Origin: an uncultured Clostridia bacterium
GTDB taxonomy: Bacteria; Bacillota; Clostridia; Oscillospirales; CAG-272
Direction of reading: 5' to 3'
NCBI GenBank assembly: GCA_944393415.1
Contig: CALYAD010000068.1
Coordinates: forward strand, 4,603-68,602
Length of the DNA stretch: 64,000 nucleotides
Numbering within the stretch: position 1 is the stretch's first letter; each line of letters starts with the position of its first letter. The notes below the pieces were generated by a model. It was given only the letters and a program-made list of their open reading frames with translations, was not told the DNA's origin and did not search any database. The position numbers and the translations under genes are program-made. Of this stretch, positions 50,741 through 60,416 are shown one piece after another.

Positions 50741-50814
50741 TTGTCTTTCATTTGAATCCCTGCCGTCTTCGTCGGGTAAAATTATGAAATTTATATATTT
50801 TCGGATTCCGCACT

Positions 50815-52026
50815 TTATTTCTGCCATTGAATTTCAAGCACAATCGGTTCGGCTGAAAGCTCATCCACCGGTATACCGTAAATGTGCAGATATTTCGTTT
50901 CCGCTATTCCCGTTTTACCGTTATAAAATGACGGCAGCGGGGTTACATCATAGCTTAGCTCCGCCCCGGTATTCATCAGCGTGACCCTTACCGGAAGCGA
51001 CGGATATCTGCTCAGCGATACCGCGTCGGAAATCAGATTATTGTAAAAATGGAAATAAGTCCTGCCGTTTTTCCGAGTTGCGATATACTCGTTGCACATT
51101 ACCCCGTAATCAAAATCGTCCGGCTCGGCGCTTTCAAGACAGCCTTTCATACTGTTGTACCAATCCCCGATTCGTCTCACTCTTTTTTCATATTCCGGAG
51201 CGATCTCCCCTTTTCCCGTAGGACCGACGTTCAGCAGATAGCTTCCGCCCATCGCCATTATCCTGTCTATTGCCGACAAAAGATGCCGCATAGAGTAAAA
51301 ATCCTCGTTTTCGCGGTAACCCCAGCTCTGCTCCCCCACTGAATTGTTTGCCTCGGTCATTTTCTCAAATCTTGCGCCGGAAATTTTCTCATACTCCCGC
51401 TCCGGTGTGGAAAAATCGCCTTTATCAAACCCCCGGTCGTTAATAAGGATTCCGGGCTGAAGCTTTCTTACCAGCTCGTTTATGCTTTTATCGTCAATTC
51501 TCGGCGGTATATCCCAGAACATACTGTATATAGGTCCGTAGCATGTCAGCAGCTCCGTGACCTGATTTTTTATATACTCTCTCAGCTTATGTGTATCCGG
51601 TTCCCGGTCTCTTACCGCTTTCCATTGATGCGATGACGCCGGGTTGTATCCGTACTCATAATGCCAGTCGGGGTTTGAATAATAAATCGACAGCAGCATA
51701 CCGTGCTTATGACACGCGTCGGCAAGCATTTTAAGAGTGTCGCGCCCGTAAGGGGTGTGCATTATACTGTAATCGCTGTATTTCGTGTCCCACATACAAA
51801 ACCCGTCGTGATGCTTCGCCGTAAAGCAGATATATTTCATACCCGCGTCCTTTGCGAGCAGCACCCATTTTTCCGGGTCATATTCCGTCGGATTAAAGGT
51901 ATCCGCGTATTTTTCGTATACCTCGCGCTCCATATCGTACCTTGCAAACGCCTGCTCATGCAGACCGAGCCGGGCATAAAAGCCCCAATGTATGAACATA
52001 CCGAATTTATTATCAAATACCTTCAT
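50815..52026 (-). CDS. Alpha-L-fucosidase (GH29)
   Basis: KFGMFIHWG, TAKHHDGF, FWD nucleophile, INDR and LLNVGP. Confidence 0.9.
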   Translation of the reverse strand: MKVFDNKFGMFIHWGFYARLGLHEQAFARYDMEREVYEKYADTFNPTEYDPEKWVLLAKDAGMKYICFTAKHHDGFCMWDTKYSDYSIMHTPYGRDTLKMLADACHKHGMLLSIYYSNPDWHYEYGYNPASSHQWKAVRDREPDTHKLREYIKNQVTELLTCYGPIYSMFWDIPPRIDDKSINELVRKLQPGILINDRGFDKGDFSTPEREYEKISGARFEKMTEANNSVGEQSWGYRENEDFYSMRHLLSAIDRIMAMGGSYLLNVGPTGKGEIAPEYEKRVRRIGDWYNSMKGCLESAEPDDFDYGVMCNEYIATRKNGRTYFHFYNNLISDAVSLSRYPSLPVRVTLMNTGAELSYDVTPLPSFYNGKTGIAETKYLHIYGIPVDELSAEPIVLEIQWQK

Positions 52027-52163
52027 TTCTTAGTCCTCCGTAACCTGTACCTCAGGCGGGTATAAATCATTATTTTAAATGTCAGCGCCGCCGGGAAGCA
52101 TTTAATTTACCGCTCCCAATATAGATTAACGCACCTCTTGAGAAAGTCATGCTTACAGTCAAG

Positions 52164-52676
52164 TTACAGTTTCATTCGTGATATGATCTCAGCCGCCTGA
52201 AACGGAGAAATTTCGCTTACATCAAGCTTCTGGGTATTGAGCTGTTTATATAGTGGAAGCCTGCTCACGCTTTTTTCCAATATATCAGGCTTTCTCATTT
52301 TCGCGTCAATATCCTTTTTAAGTCTTTTCTTAAGACTATCCTCGCTCAATATTAAAGAAATACATTTTACCTCACAGCCCGAGATATCAAACCGAGACAA
52401 AAGCTCGTCAATTATAGCCTGCTCGTGCATAACCCAACAAAATATAATATTTTTGTATGCCGAGCAGTGTATAAAATTATTAATGACATACACAATGTTA
52501 TCCATTACCACCCGCTTTGTCTCGGTGTTTACCGTAAACGGGTTCATGTCCCAGCACCAATCCCCATCAAGGAAAACGGAAAAATCAAGAATGCTTTTTA
52601 AGGCGCGGCAGACCGTTGTTTTCCCCGCTCCCATCGTACCGCCTATCATATAGAGTGTTTTCATTTCGGTCGTCAT
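52164..52676 (-). CDS. P-loop nucleotide kinase / AAA-like protein
   Basis: IGGTMGAGKTT, FLDGDWCWDM.PF and CWVMH. Confidence 0.8.
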   Translation of the reverse strand: MTTEMKTLYMIGGTMGAGKTTVCRALKSILDFSVFLDGDWCWDMNPFTVNTETKRVVMDNIVYVINNFIHCSAYKNIIFCWVMHEQAIIDELLSRFDISGCEVKCISLILSEDSLKKRLKKDIDAKMRKPDILEKSVSRLPLYKQLNTQKLDVSEISPFQAAEIISRMKL

Positions 52677-52711
52677 CCCTCTCTGATAATTCAATAAGGG
52701 GCTAAGCCCCA

Positions 52712-52797
52712 TCATTCAACGTTTTCAGTGTGTGATCGTATATCCCACCGAAAAACTGAGCGGCGCCCTCGGCCTGAGAGGCGGGCGGCATCTTAAT
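52712..52797 (-). repeat. Intergenic structured repeat family 2, copy 2
   Basis: Aligns end to end with 8313-8396. Confidence 0.75.
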
Positions 52798-52819
52798 CTT
52801 ATTTCTCAGGAAATATAAA

Positions 52820-53971
52820 TCAGTTCTCCTTGGCGCTGTACGGACCGCCGGAAATAATATCGGCGTACCTCATCATATCAAGCGCTCTGATTATATCGCC
52901 TTTATACGGGTATTTGGCTGATTTTTTCAGAAACCTTTCCTTGAGCTTCTCAGCATCATTCCTGTCTCCTGTTATCAGCAGCGTATACGCGTAAACGGCA
53001 TGAATAACCGCCGGGGATATACCTCCCATCGCTTTGATAAACATCTGCTGCTTCTTTGAGTAAAGCGCGTCTATATACTCCGGTCGTCTTTTGCAGACTA
53101 TCTCACAGTAAAGCCTGTCGAGCTTAAGAACCTTGATGTTGATCTTAGGCAGGGCATTGTCCGTTTCCATAAACCAATCCATAATCTCCGCGGCGTTTTC
53201 ATAATTACCGTTTTCCATTATTCTGCCTAATACAAGAATTACGAGTTGAGCGGACATCGGGTTTTTAAGTCCCTGCTCAGATGGCAGAATAAAAAGCTCA
53301 TCCGGCATATCCTTATACATAAAGCCCTTTGTCGTATATTCATTGATTTTTAATACTATATAAAACGCTCGCAGCGCCTCTTTGCTTTTACCGAGAGAAA
53401 GCGCGTTTTTGCCGTCGTTATTCAGATCCGAGACAGTCAAGGGAATGGCGTTTATCAGCGCCAGCGCGATCCCTATCACTGAGAAGATAAATAAAATATC
53501 CGCAAAAATACCTTCCGGTAACAGAAGCGTCAGACCGGCGGCCGCAAGCGAAAAGACCACGTTCATGATTGACCCGCCGAGATTGTACAGTTTAAACGGT
53601 ATTTTCCCATCCCTCATCTCCGGAGGAGACATCAGACATTGTCCCGCTGTTCCCGGTATTCTGACTCTCTTTAAAACTATTTTTCCGTCCTGACCGCACC
53701 ACATAAAGCTGAATATTCTGAAAGAGACGCATTTATAACCGCTAAGCAGCCCGAAAACCAAGTGCCCGCTTTCATGTATAATGGTATGAAGAAAAACAGA
53801 AATAAGAAGGGGAATTGCATACATTATAACAAACCTGAATGCGTAGCCGTTATCTCCGGGTTTTATCAAATCAAATAAATTTTTAACCAACGGAGCTAAG
53901 GCAAATCCCGCAAAGATATAGATAAGCAAGACTACCCACATCTGGTTTTTATTTGTTTTATTTTTTTTCAT
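52820..53971 (-). CDS. M50-family membrane metallopeptidase
   Basis: IHESGH, YNLGG and N..P....NDG motifs with TM segments. Confidence 0.8.
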   Translation of the reverse strand: MKKNKTNKNQMWVVLLIYIFAGFALAPLVKNLFDLIKPGDNGYAFRFVIMYAIPLLISVFLHTIIHESGHLVFGLLSGYKCVSFRIFSFMWCGQDGKIVLKRVRIPGTAGQCLMSPPEMRDGKIPFKLYNLGGSIMNVVFSLAAAGLTLLLPEGIFADILFIFSVIGIALALINAIPLTVSDLNNDGKNALSLGKSKEALRAFYIVLKINEYTTKGFMYKDMPDELFILPSEQGLKNPMSAQLVILVLGRIMENGNYENAAEIMDWFMETDNALPKINIKVLKLDRLYCEIVCKRRPEYIDALYSKKQQMFIKAMGGISPAVIHAVYAYTLLITGDRNDAEKLKERFLKKSAKYPYKGDIIRALDMMRYADIISGGPYSAKEN

Positions 53972-54005
53972 ATCGGCAAGCCTTCCGTTTTAATATGGTA
54001 ACAGC

Positions 54006-54524
54006 TTAGTACTTAAGTCCGTGTTCATTATAATATTTTGTAAGTTCTCTGCCGTTTCTTATTACTGTTACCTTGTTTTTATACCTGTTAACCGTATCTT
54101 TAAATCGGTTTTTATGCTTCTTTGTACGTCCGTCCCATAGTATCCATTTCAAAAACTCTGCGTCTATCTTTTCATTACACCCTTCGGTCATTGAATCTCT
54201 GGTTTTCCCTTTATTATTTTTAAATCGTTTAAGTATTCTCTTTAGGCAGCTGAAACGGTTGAAATTCATGAAAATTATAGAATCCGCCTCCTCCATTCGG
54301 CGCTCGTAAAACGACTTACTATAATTTCCGTCAATCACCCATGAGGAGTTTTTATCAAGAAACTCCTGTGTGATACTCAGCTCCTCCCGGCGATCCCGTT
54401 CAGTCCACCCGGGAAGCCAATGCACTTTATCCAGATACAATACCTCAACCCCATATTTTTCTCCAAGACGTGAGGCAAGAGTTGATTTACCGCTTCCGCT
54501 ATAGCCGATTATTGCGATTCTCAT
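54006..54524 (-). CDS. DNA topology modulation protein FlaR-like (adenylate-kinase-like)
   Basis: IIGYSGSGKSTLA, LDKVHWLPGW, WVIDGNY and GCNEKID.EFL.WI. Confidence 0.8.
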   Translation of the reverse strand: MRIAIIGYSGSGKSTLASRLGEKYGVEVLYLDKVHWLPGWTERDRREELSITQEFLDKNSSWVIDGNYSKSFYERRMEEADSIIFMNFNRFSCLKRILKRFKNNKGKTRDSMTEGCNEKIDAEFLKWILWDGRTKKHKNRFKDTVNRYKNKVTVIRNGRELTKYYNEHGLKY

Positions 54525-54673
54525 AAAGATATCAGTTCCTTTCTCATCTTTTTAAAAAATCAGTAAAAGTCATCGATTAAAATTCGTGCCGTATCTCTAT
54601 AAGACCGTATTGCTTCGCACTTAAACGATCACACCTATATTGTTCTTTTCAACGAGATAATAGATATATTTTG

Positions 54674-56575
54674 CTAACAGCGCGTTATCGATTCGACGTT
54701 ATTTGCAAGGGATCGACCGTCCAAGCAGTAAATTTTATACATATCCTCAAGAGAAGCATGCGGAGGAAAGGATTCGTTTACGGCTATCGTTTCCATTCTT
54801 GGGAGCCGCAGTCCCATTGCAGCAAGCTCAGAAATAACTTTTTCCGATACACCGCCGCTTTTTATCTGCTCTTCACAGAAAACTATCAGCGAGCTGTCCC
54901 GACACACCTCATAAAGCGCCGTGTAATCCAAAGGCTTGACCTTTTTTAAGCAAACAAGCCTCACACACAGTCTGTTTTTAAGAAGCTGCGAGGCATCGTA
55001 AACGCATTTAACCGTTCTTCCGTATGTTATGAACGTTACGCGTTTTCCTGATCCGTATTCGGCGTATCTGAAATCTCTTTTTTCCTTAAACGATTCGCGC
55101 GGGTATTTACACTCTCCTCCGCGCGGATATCTTACCGCGACAGGTCCCTGCAAAGACACTGCTTCTATTATCATTTTTTCAGCGTCATCAAGGGTTTCCG
55201 GGGTGTATATCGTCATTCCCGGAACCTGCATGAGAAACGCGCAGTCAAATATTCCCTGATGAGTTATTCCGTCTCCCGGAACAAATCCCGCGCGATCCAC
55301 CGCCAGTACAACATGCAGCGACTGCGCTGAAATATCATGAATGATCTGATCGTACGCTCGCTGCAAAAAGCTTGAGTATACGGCTAAAACCGGTTTTTTA
55401 CCCGAGGCGGCAAGCCCTGCGGCAAACGTAGCCGCGTGTTCCTCCGCAATTCCCACGTCAAAAAATCGCTCCGGGAAACGCCGTTTAAATTTATCGAGCC
55501 CTGTTCCCTCGCACATCGCGGCAGTTATTGCAACGATATCCTTATCGTCCTCGGCAAGCTTTGTCAGAGTCCTGCCGAAGCGCTCGGAAAAAGTTTCTCC
55601 AATCTCGTTTGATTCCAAGCGTACGATGCCGGCCTTTATATCAAATTCCGAAACGGAATGATATGCCGCCGGGTTGTTTTCCGCCGGTTTATAGCCCTTT
55701 CCTTTTTTCGTGCAGACGTGTACCACGACAGGGCTCTCAAGCAAACGCGCTTCCCTGAACACCGCCTCAAGACGCGCTATATCATGACCGTCGACCGGAC
55801 CAATATAGTCTATACCTAAATTCTCAAAGAAATTTTCCTTGAATACCACGGTTTTAATAGCGTTTTTTACACCTTTCGATACCGCGGCTATGGGCTTGCC
55901 TACAAATCGCAGGTTTGACACCCTGCTTTTAAAGTTCCGTTTGAAGCGGTAATAGCCGACGCTTGTGCGCAAGCGCCCGAAGTATCTTGACATTCCTCCC
56001 ACATTTTTGGATATGGACATGTCGTTGTCGTTTATTACTATAATCAGTCTGAGACCATCCTTCGAAGCGTTGTTCATGGCCTCATATATCATGCCGTTGG
56101 TAAAGGAACCGTCACCTACCACGGCAATCGCGTATCTTCTGCCTCCGTCAAGCTTTTCAGCCTCCGCAAATCCGAGCGCGGCAGATACAGAGGTTCCGCT
56201 GTGCCCTCCGCCGAAAAAATCGTATCCGCTTTCGCTTCTGAGCTGGAAGCCTGATACTCCCCCGAGATTTCTGAGAGCGGCAAAGCCCTTTTCTCTTCCG
56301 GAAAGAAGCTTGTGAACATAGCTCTGATGCCCCACGTCAAATATAATTTTATCCTCGGGAAAATCAAATACTCTGTGCAGCGCGACCGTAAGCTCAACCA
56401 CTCCGAGATTCGAGGCAAGATGTCCGCCGTTCCTGCTTACCGAACCGAGTATGGCGTTTCTTAATTTTTCGCACAGCACCGATAGCTGCTCCCGTGTCAT
56501 ATTCTTAACATTCCCAAACGAATAATCATCCTCAGGTAACGTCTCATTTTTAGGTGAAAAATCGGAATCTTTCAT
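54674..56575 (-). CDS. dxs: 1-deoxy-D-xylulose-5-phosphate synthase
   Basis: GGHLASNLGVVELT, FDVGHQSYVHK, GDG...NDN, DVGIAEEHA and DGITHQG. Confidence 0.96.
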   Translation of the reverse strand: MKDSDFSPKNETLPEDDYSFGNVKNMTREQLSVLCEKLRNAILGSVSRNGGHLASNLGVVELTVALHRVFDFPEDKIIFDVGHQSYVHKLLSGREKGFAALRNLGGVSGFQLRSESGYDFFGGGHSGTSVSAALGFAEAEKLDGGRRYAIAVVGDGSFTNGMIYEAMNNASKDGLRLIIVINDNDMSISKNVGGMSRYFGRLRTSVGYYRFKRNFKSRVSNLRFVGKPIAAVSKGVKNAIKTVVFKENFFENLGIDYIGPVDGHDIARLEAVFREARLLESPVVVHVCTKKGKGYKPAENNPAAYHSVSEFDIKAGIVRLESNEIGETFSERFGRTLTKLAEDDKDIVAITAAMCEGTGLDKFKRRFPERFFDVGIAEEHAATFAAGLAASGKKPVLAVYSSFLQRAYDQIIHDISAQSLHVVLAVDRAGFVPGDGITHQGIFDCAFLMQVPGMTIYTPETLDDAEKMIIEAVSLQGPVAVRYPRGGECKYPRESFKEKRDFRYAEYGSGKRVTFITYGRTVKCVYDASQLLKNRLCVRLVCLKKVKPLDYTALYEVCRDSSLIVFCEEQIKSGGVSEKVISELAAMGLRLPRMETIAVNESFPPHASLEDMYKIYCLDGRSLANNVESITRC

Positions 56576-56695
56576 ATGATCAAATCCGTTCCAAAATAAA
56601 ATTTGCCGGTTCTAAGTCCGGATAAGCTTGATGGCGGTCAGTCAGCAAATCCGACTTTTTGCTAAAGCCCCGCCACATCACTTTTAACTTCTATA

Positions 56696-56724
56696 AGTAT
56701 ATCATACCTTTCATTCTTTGTCAA
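56696..56724 (-). promoter_or_regulatory. Sigma-A promoter of dxs
   Basis: TTGACA-17 nt-TATACT with extended TG. Confidence 0.7.
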
Positions 56725-56786
56725 GCGCCGTATCATGTTTTCGACCGCCGTAGTAAAGCCGACCTTTTGGTTAGTTTCACGGGGAC

Positions 56787-56814
56787 TTGACAAAAGATAA
56801 AAAATCATTATAAT
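56787..56814 (+). promoter_or_regulatory. Sigma-A promoter of queT
   Basis: TTGACA-16 nt-TATAAT. Confidence 0.7.
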
Positions 56815-56820
56815 ATTTTA

Positions 56821-56864
56821 CGGTGAGTTCGTGACCATCCTCACCTAAAACAAAACTACGGAGA
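56821..56864 (+). ncRNA. preQ1-I riboswitch
   Basis: GGTGAG-TTCGTGACCATC-CTCACC stem-loop followed by the A-rich tail TAAAACAAAACTACGG overlapping the SD, directly upstream of a QueT transporter. Confidence 0.85.
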
Positions 56865-56872
56865 ATAAAACA

Positions 56873-57358
56873 ATGAAAAGCAAAACTCTTTTCCTCACCC
56901 GAGCCGCCGTTATCGCGGCATTATACGTTGCCCTTACCTGTCTTTCCGACCTGCTCGGACTGGCAAAGGGCGCTGTTCAGATAAGAATATCCGAGGCTCT
57001 ATGTGTTCTTCCGGCAATCAGCTTTTGTGCTGTACCTGGAGTAACGGTCGGCTGTCTGATATTCAATTTTTTCTTTTCAGGCAATATTCTTGACATTATA
57101 TTCGGAACGCTTGCCACATTGATCGGCTCCCTTTTCGCCACACTTTTCAAAAAACATAAATATCTGTCCTTTATTCCAACTGTGGTATCAAACACTGTTA
57201 TAATACCCTTTGTTATCGCCCTCGGCACGACTGACGGAAATCTGGCTTCCGTACCTTTTATGATGCTTACTATCGCTGTGGGAGAACTGATCTCCTGCGC
57301 GCTTCTCGGTTCTCTGCTGCTTAAGGCCTTAGAAAAGCATAGAGGCGTGCTGTCGTAA
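56873..57358 (+). CDS. queT: Queuosine precursor transporter QueT
   Basis: AVIAALYVALT, QIRISEAL.VLP, GVTVGC and DIIFGTLAT; preceded by the preQ1 riboswitch. Confidence 0.88.
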   Translation: MKSKTLFLTRAAVIAALYVALTCLSDLLGLAKGAVQIRISEALCVLPAISFCAVPGVTVGCLIFNFFFSGNILDIIFGTLATLIGSLFATLFKKHKYLSFIPTVVSNTVIIPFVIALGTTDGNLASVPFMMLTIAVGELISCALLGSLLLKALEKHRGVLS

Positions 57359-57503
57359 TGTCGGATTTTCGTCGTTTTATCACCTTCTCTTAAGCGGATG
57401 GCATTATTTACAAAAAGTTTATCGGTTGGTTATTCAGAATTAAACATAATCGTGTACTATTAATATAAATATGGTCACAGCCTGAAAGCTTGGAGGATAC
57501 CTT

Positions 57504-58418
57504 TTGTTCGGCTATATTCGTGTATATGAAAATGAATTAAAAGTGCGGGAATACAGACTGTACAAAAGCGTGTACTGCGGACTGTGCAAAACGATGAAAA
57601 AACAGCTTGGATATGCTTCATCGCTTAACCTCAGCTATGATTTCGTTTTCCTTGCGCTTTTGCGCTCATATGTCTTAGGCGAGGGCTTTAAGATAAAACC
57701 CGGAAGATGCTTTCTGCATCCGTTCCGAAAACGCCCGATAGCCGAGGGAAACTCTTCTCTCGATTACTCCGCCGGAGCCTCGGCAATACTTATTTACAAC
57801 AAGCTTCTTGACGACCTTCAGGACAACGGATTTTTAAGGCGGGGCATCGTACGGCTTTCCCTTCCCTTCTACAGGAGCTATATCAAGCGCGCGAAAAGAA
57901 AGCAGCCGGGCTTCGGCTTTGAAGTGCTCTCAGAGAAAGTCAAGAAATATCTTGATAAATTGACCCGTCTCGAAAAAGAAGACTCCAAATCCGCCGAGCA
58001 AAACGCCGAGATCTTCGGAGAACTTCTTGGGGAAATTTTTTCTCACGGTCTTGACAGCTCTGAAACAGCAGAGCAATGCCGGCTTCTCGGCTTCCATCTC
58101 GGAAGATGGATTTACCTTATAGATCTTATGGACGACTTTGATAAAGACAAAAGACAGGGTGCTTACAATCCTCTCATTTCCGCGGGCTATACTTCCATTC
58201 CAACAGACCTGTTGACAGCCTCTCTTTACAGAGAAAACGAGCTCGCTGAAAACTGCCTTGCAGGTTTACCGGTAACTTACGAGGATATAGGAGCAATACT
58301 CAAGAATATACTTGAGCTCGGCCTGTCAAATACATGCGCTAAAATTCAGAAAACACAAAAACAAACAACAGATAAAGCCGAAAGGAACAGCCAAAGCGAT
58401 GGAACGGGATCCGTATGA
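57504..58418 (+). CDS. DUF5685-like protein
   Basis: [27 protein letters not shown] and [16 protein letters not shown]...YNP. Confidence 0.75.
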   Translation: MFGYIRVYENELKVREYRLYKSVYCGLCKTMKKQLGYASSLNLSYDFVFLALLRSYVLGEGFKIKPGRCFLHPFRKRPIAEGNSSLDYSAGASAILIYNKLLDDLQDNGFLRRGIVRLSLPFYRSYIKRAKRKQPGFGFEVLSEKVKKYLDKLTRLEKEDSKSAEQNAEIFGELLGEIFSHGLDSSETAEQCRLLGFHLGRWIYLIDLMDDFDKDKRQGAYNPLISAGYTSIPTDLLTASLYRENELAENCLAGLPVTYEDIGAILKNILELGLSNTCAKIQKTQKQTTDKAERNSQSDGTGSV

Positions 58419-58992
58419 TATACTCGGCGTGAGCCGTTACGCAACTGAGGACGAGATCAAAAAAGCATACAGAGAGCTTGTAAAAAAATATCATCCGGAT
58501 AATTTTCCCGACGATAATATGAAAAAACTCGCCGAGGAGAAAATGAAGGAAATTAACGAGGCATACGAGTATGTGACACGCGGAGCGACAAACGCATACG
58601 CGGGAGGGGGAAGCTCATACTCCGCCTCTCAGTTCATTGAGATCCGCCGGCTTATCAACGAACAGAATTATTCCGAAGCCGATATAAAGCTGGAGGCTAT
58701 AAACGCTTCCGACCGAGGAGCGGAATGGAATTTTCTTAAAGGATGCCTTATGGCTCAAAAAGGCTGGTTTTTAGACGCAAATAAATATTTTGAGACCGCG
58801 TGCAGACTCGATCCGGCAAATGCGGAGTACAGGCAGGCATACGACGCCATGAGAAATACAGCGGAAGCGTATACCCGAGGCTACCGTCAGGGAAGAACCA
58901 GCGGAAGAGGCTTCTGCGACGATTTCTGCACGGCTTTTATATGCACGGATTGCTGTCTGCATTGCTGCTGCGACGGTTCGGGAGGCTGCTGA
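58399..58992 (+). CDS. J-domain protein with TPR-like middle and Cys-rich C-terminus
   Basis: DPYDILGVS...[15 protein letters not shown]...INEAYE; tail [25 protein letters not shown]. Confidence 0.88.
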   Translation: MERDPYDILGVSRYATEDEIKKAYRELVKKYHPDNFPDDNMKKLAEEKMKEINEAYEYVTRGATNAYAGGGSSYSASQFIEIRRLINEQNYSEADIKLEAINASDRGAEWNFLKGCLMAQKGWFLDANKYFETACRLDPANAEYRQAYDAMRNTAEAYTRGYRQGRTSGRGFCDDFCTAFICTDCCLHCCCDGSGGC

Positions 58993-59049
58993 ATAAAAAT
59001 CTAAACCGTGTTCGATACGCCATTAACTTAAGCGAAAGGAAGCAGATAT

Positions 59050-59652
59050 ATGGCACCGGAACGCAGTCCCTATGATATTCTCGGTATAGATCACAACGCC
59101 TCAGAGGACGAGATAGAAGAAGCGTATCGCGTTTTAACTGACAAAACAGAAAGCTCTGATCCCGAAATCAAAAAACAAGGAACCCAAGAAACATCGGAAG
59201 ACGTCAAAAGAGCCTACGATATCGCAATACGCAGGGCGGTTATCGGGAAAAAAACGCTTTCAGAGCAATTTGACGAAATCCGTGTTTTGATAAACGAAAA
59301 TAATTTAACGGAGGCGGATTTGCGTCTGGAGATAATCGACGGACCGGATCGTAAGGGCGAATGGAATTTCCTGTACGGCTGCCTTATGTCTCAAAAGGGA
59401 TGGTTTCTTGACGCAAACATGTATTTTGAGGCTGCCTGTGCATATGAGCCCTCAAATACGGAATATAAGGAGGCCCTTGATTCCATGAAGAAAACAGTTT
59501 CCTCGTATAAGGGAAGCAGTATTAAAAAAATCAAAAAAAACGGATACAAAGATACCCATGGTTCATCATGTTGGGAAGGGATATGCGAAGGCTGCGGCGA
59601 GGGGTGCGCTGAAGGATGCTGCGAGGGATGCTGCGACGGGATCGATTGTTGA
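59050..59652 (+). CDS. Degenerate J-domain paralog (no HPD) with Cys-rich repetitive tail
   Basis: SPYDILGI...IEEAYR with no HPD; central block nearly identical to the upstream paralog; tail CWEGICEGCGEGCAEGCCEGCCDGIDC. Confidence 0.85.
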   Translation: MAPERSPYDILGIDHNASEDEIEEAYRVLTDKTESSDPEIKKQGTQETSEDVKRAYDIAIRRAVIGKKTLSEQFDEIRVLINENNLTEADLRLEIIDGPDRKGEWNFLYGCLMSQKGWFLDANMYFEAACAYEPSNTEYKEALDSMKKTVSSYKGSSIKKIKKNGYKDTHGSSCWEGICEGCGEGCAEGCCEGCCDGIDC

Positions 59653-59653
59653 T

Positions 59654-60202
59654 ATGAATACAGCCAAGAAGATCGCCTTCTGTTCGGTTCTGACGGCCGT
59701 ATCCTCCGTCGTATTGTTTATTGGGGGCTTTATAGAGATCATAGACCTTACCGCGGCGGCAATCGCCTCGCTTTGCGTTATACTCGGTGTAATTGAGTTC
59801 GGATACAGATACTCGTTTTTGATATACTCGGTTTCCGCCGTTTTATCGTTTCTTGTTCTTCCCGGCGCGGCCCGTACGCCCGCCCTGTATTTTGCCGTTT
59901 TCTTCGGTTACTATCCTATTTTAAAATCGGTAGCGGAAAAGGCCGGAATTTTTCTCTCTTGGGTTATCAAAATACTGATATTTTCCGCCGCATATACCGT
60001 TTTGAGTTTGCTTACCGCCAAAATTATATTCCCTCAAAGCGATTTCGGGCTTCCGCAACCGGAAACTAAATGGCTGCTGGCAGTCTTTTATTTCATATGT
60101 CTTATCGTATTTATATTGTACGATATAGCTTTAACAAGGGCAATCACAATTTATATATCACGCCTCAGACGAGCTATGGGAATAGACAAATTACTGAAAT
60201 GA
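59654..60202 (+). CDS. Membrane protein
   Basis: About 6 TM segments and an FFGYYPILK motif; ATG 1 nt after the upstream stop. Confidence 0.8.
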   Translation: MNTAKKIAFCSVLTAVSSVVLFIGGFIEIIDLTAAAIASLCVILGVIEFGYRYSFLIYSVSAVLSFLVLPGAARTPALYFAVFFGYYPILKSVAEKAGIFLSWVIKILIFSAAYTVLSLLTAKIIFPQSDFGLPQPETKWLLAVFYFICLIVFILYDIALTRAITIYISRLRRAMGIDKLLK

Positions 60203-60246
60203 ATAAAACATAGCAGAAAAAATTGTAAACAATTATGAACAAAAGC

Positions 60247-60275
60247 TTGACACGCTATGATTTTTGGTGTAGAAT
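60247..60275 (+). promoter_or_regulatory. Sigma-A promoter of the yloC-priA operon
   Basis: TTGACA-17 nt-TAGAAT. Confidence 0.7.
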
Positions 60276-60416
60276 ATTAGTTATACAGCTATTTGACCGA
60301 TTTTTTCGGATCGTCCTGAGCGGAGAAAGAAACAGTGTCAATCCTCTGTTTTTACCGCGTCTTAACCGCCTTTATAATACCAAACGTGACTACAAACGGA
60401 GGAAATGGTCTGTTCT

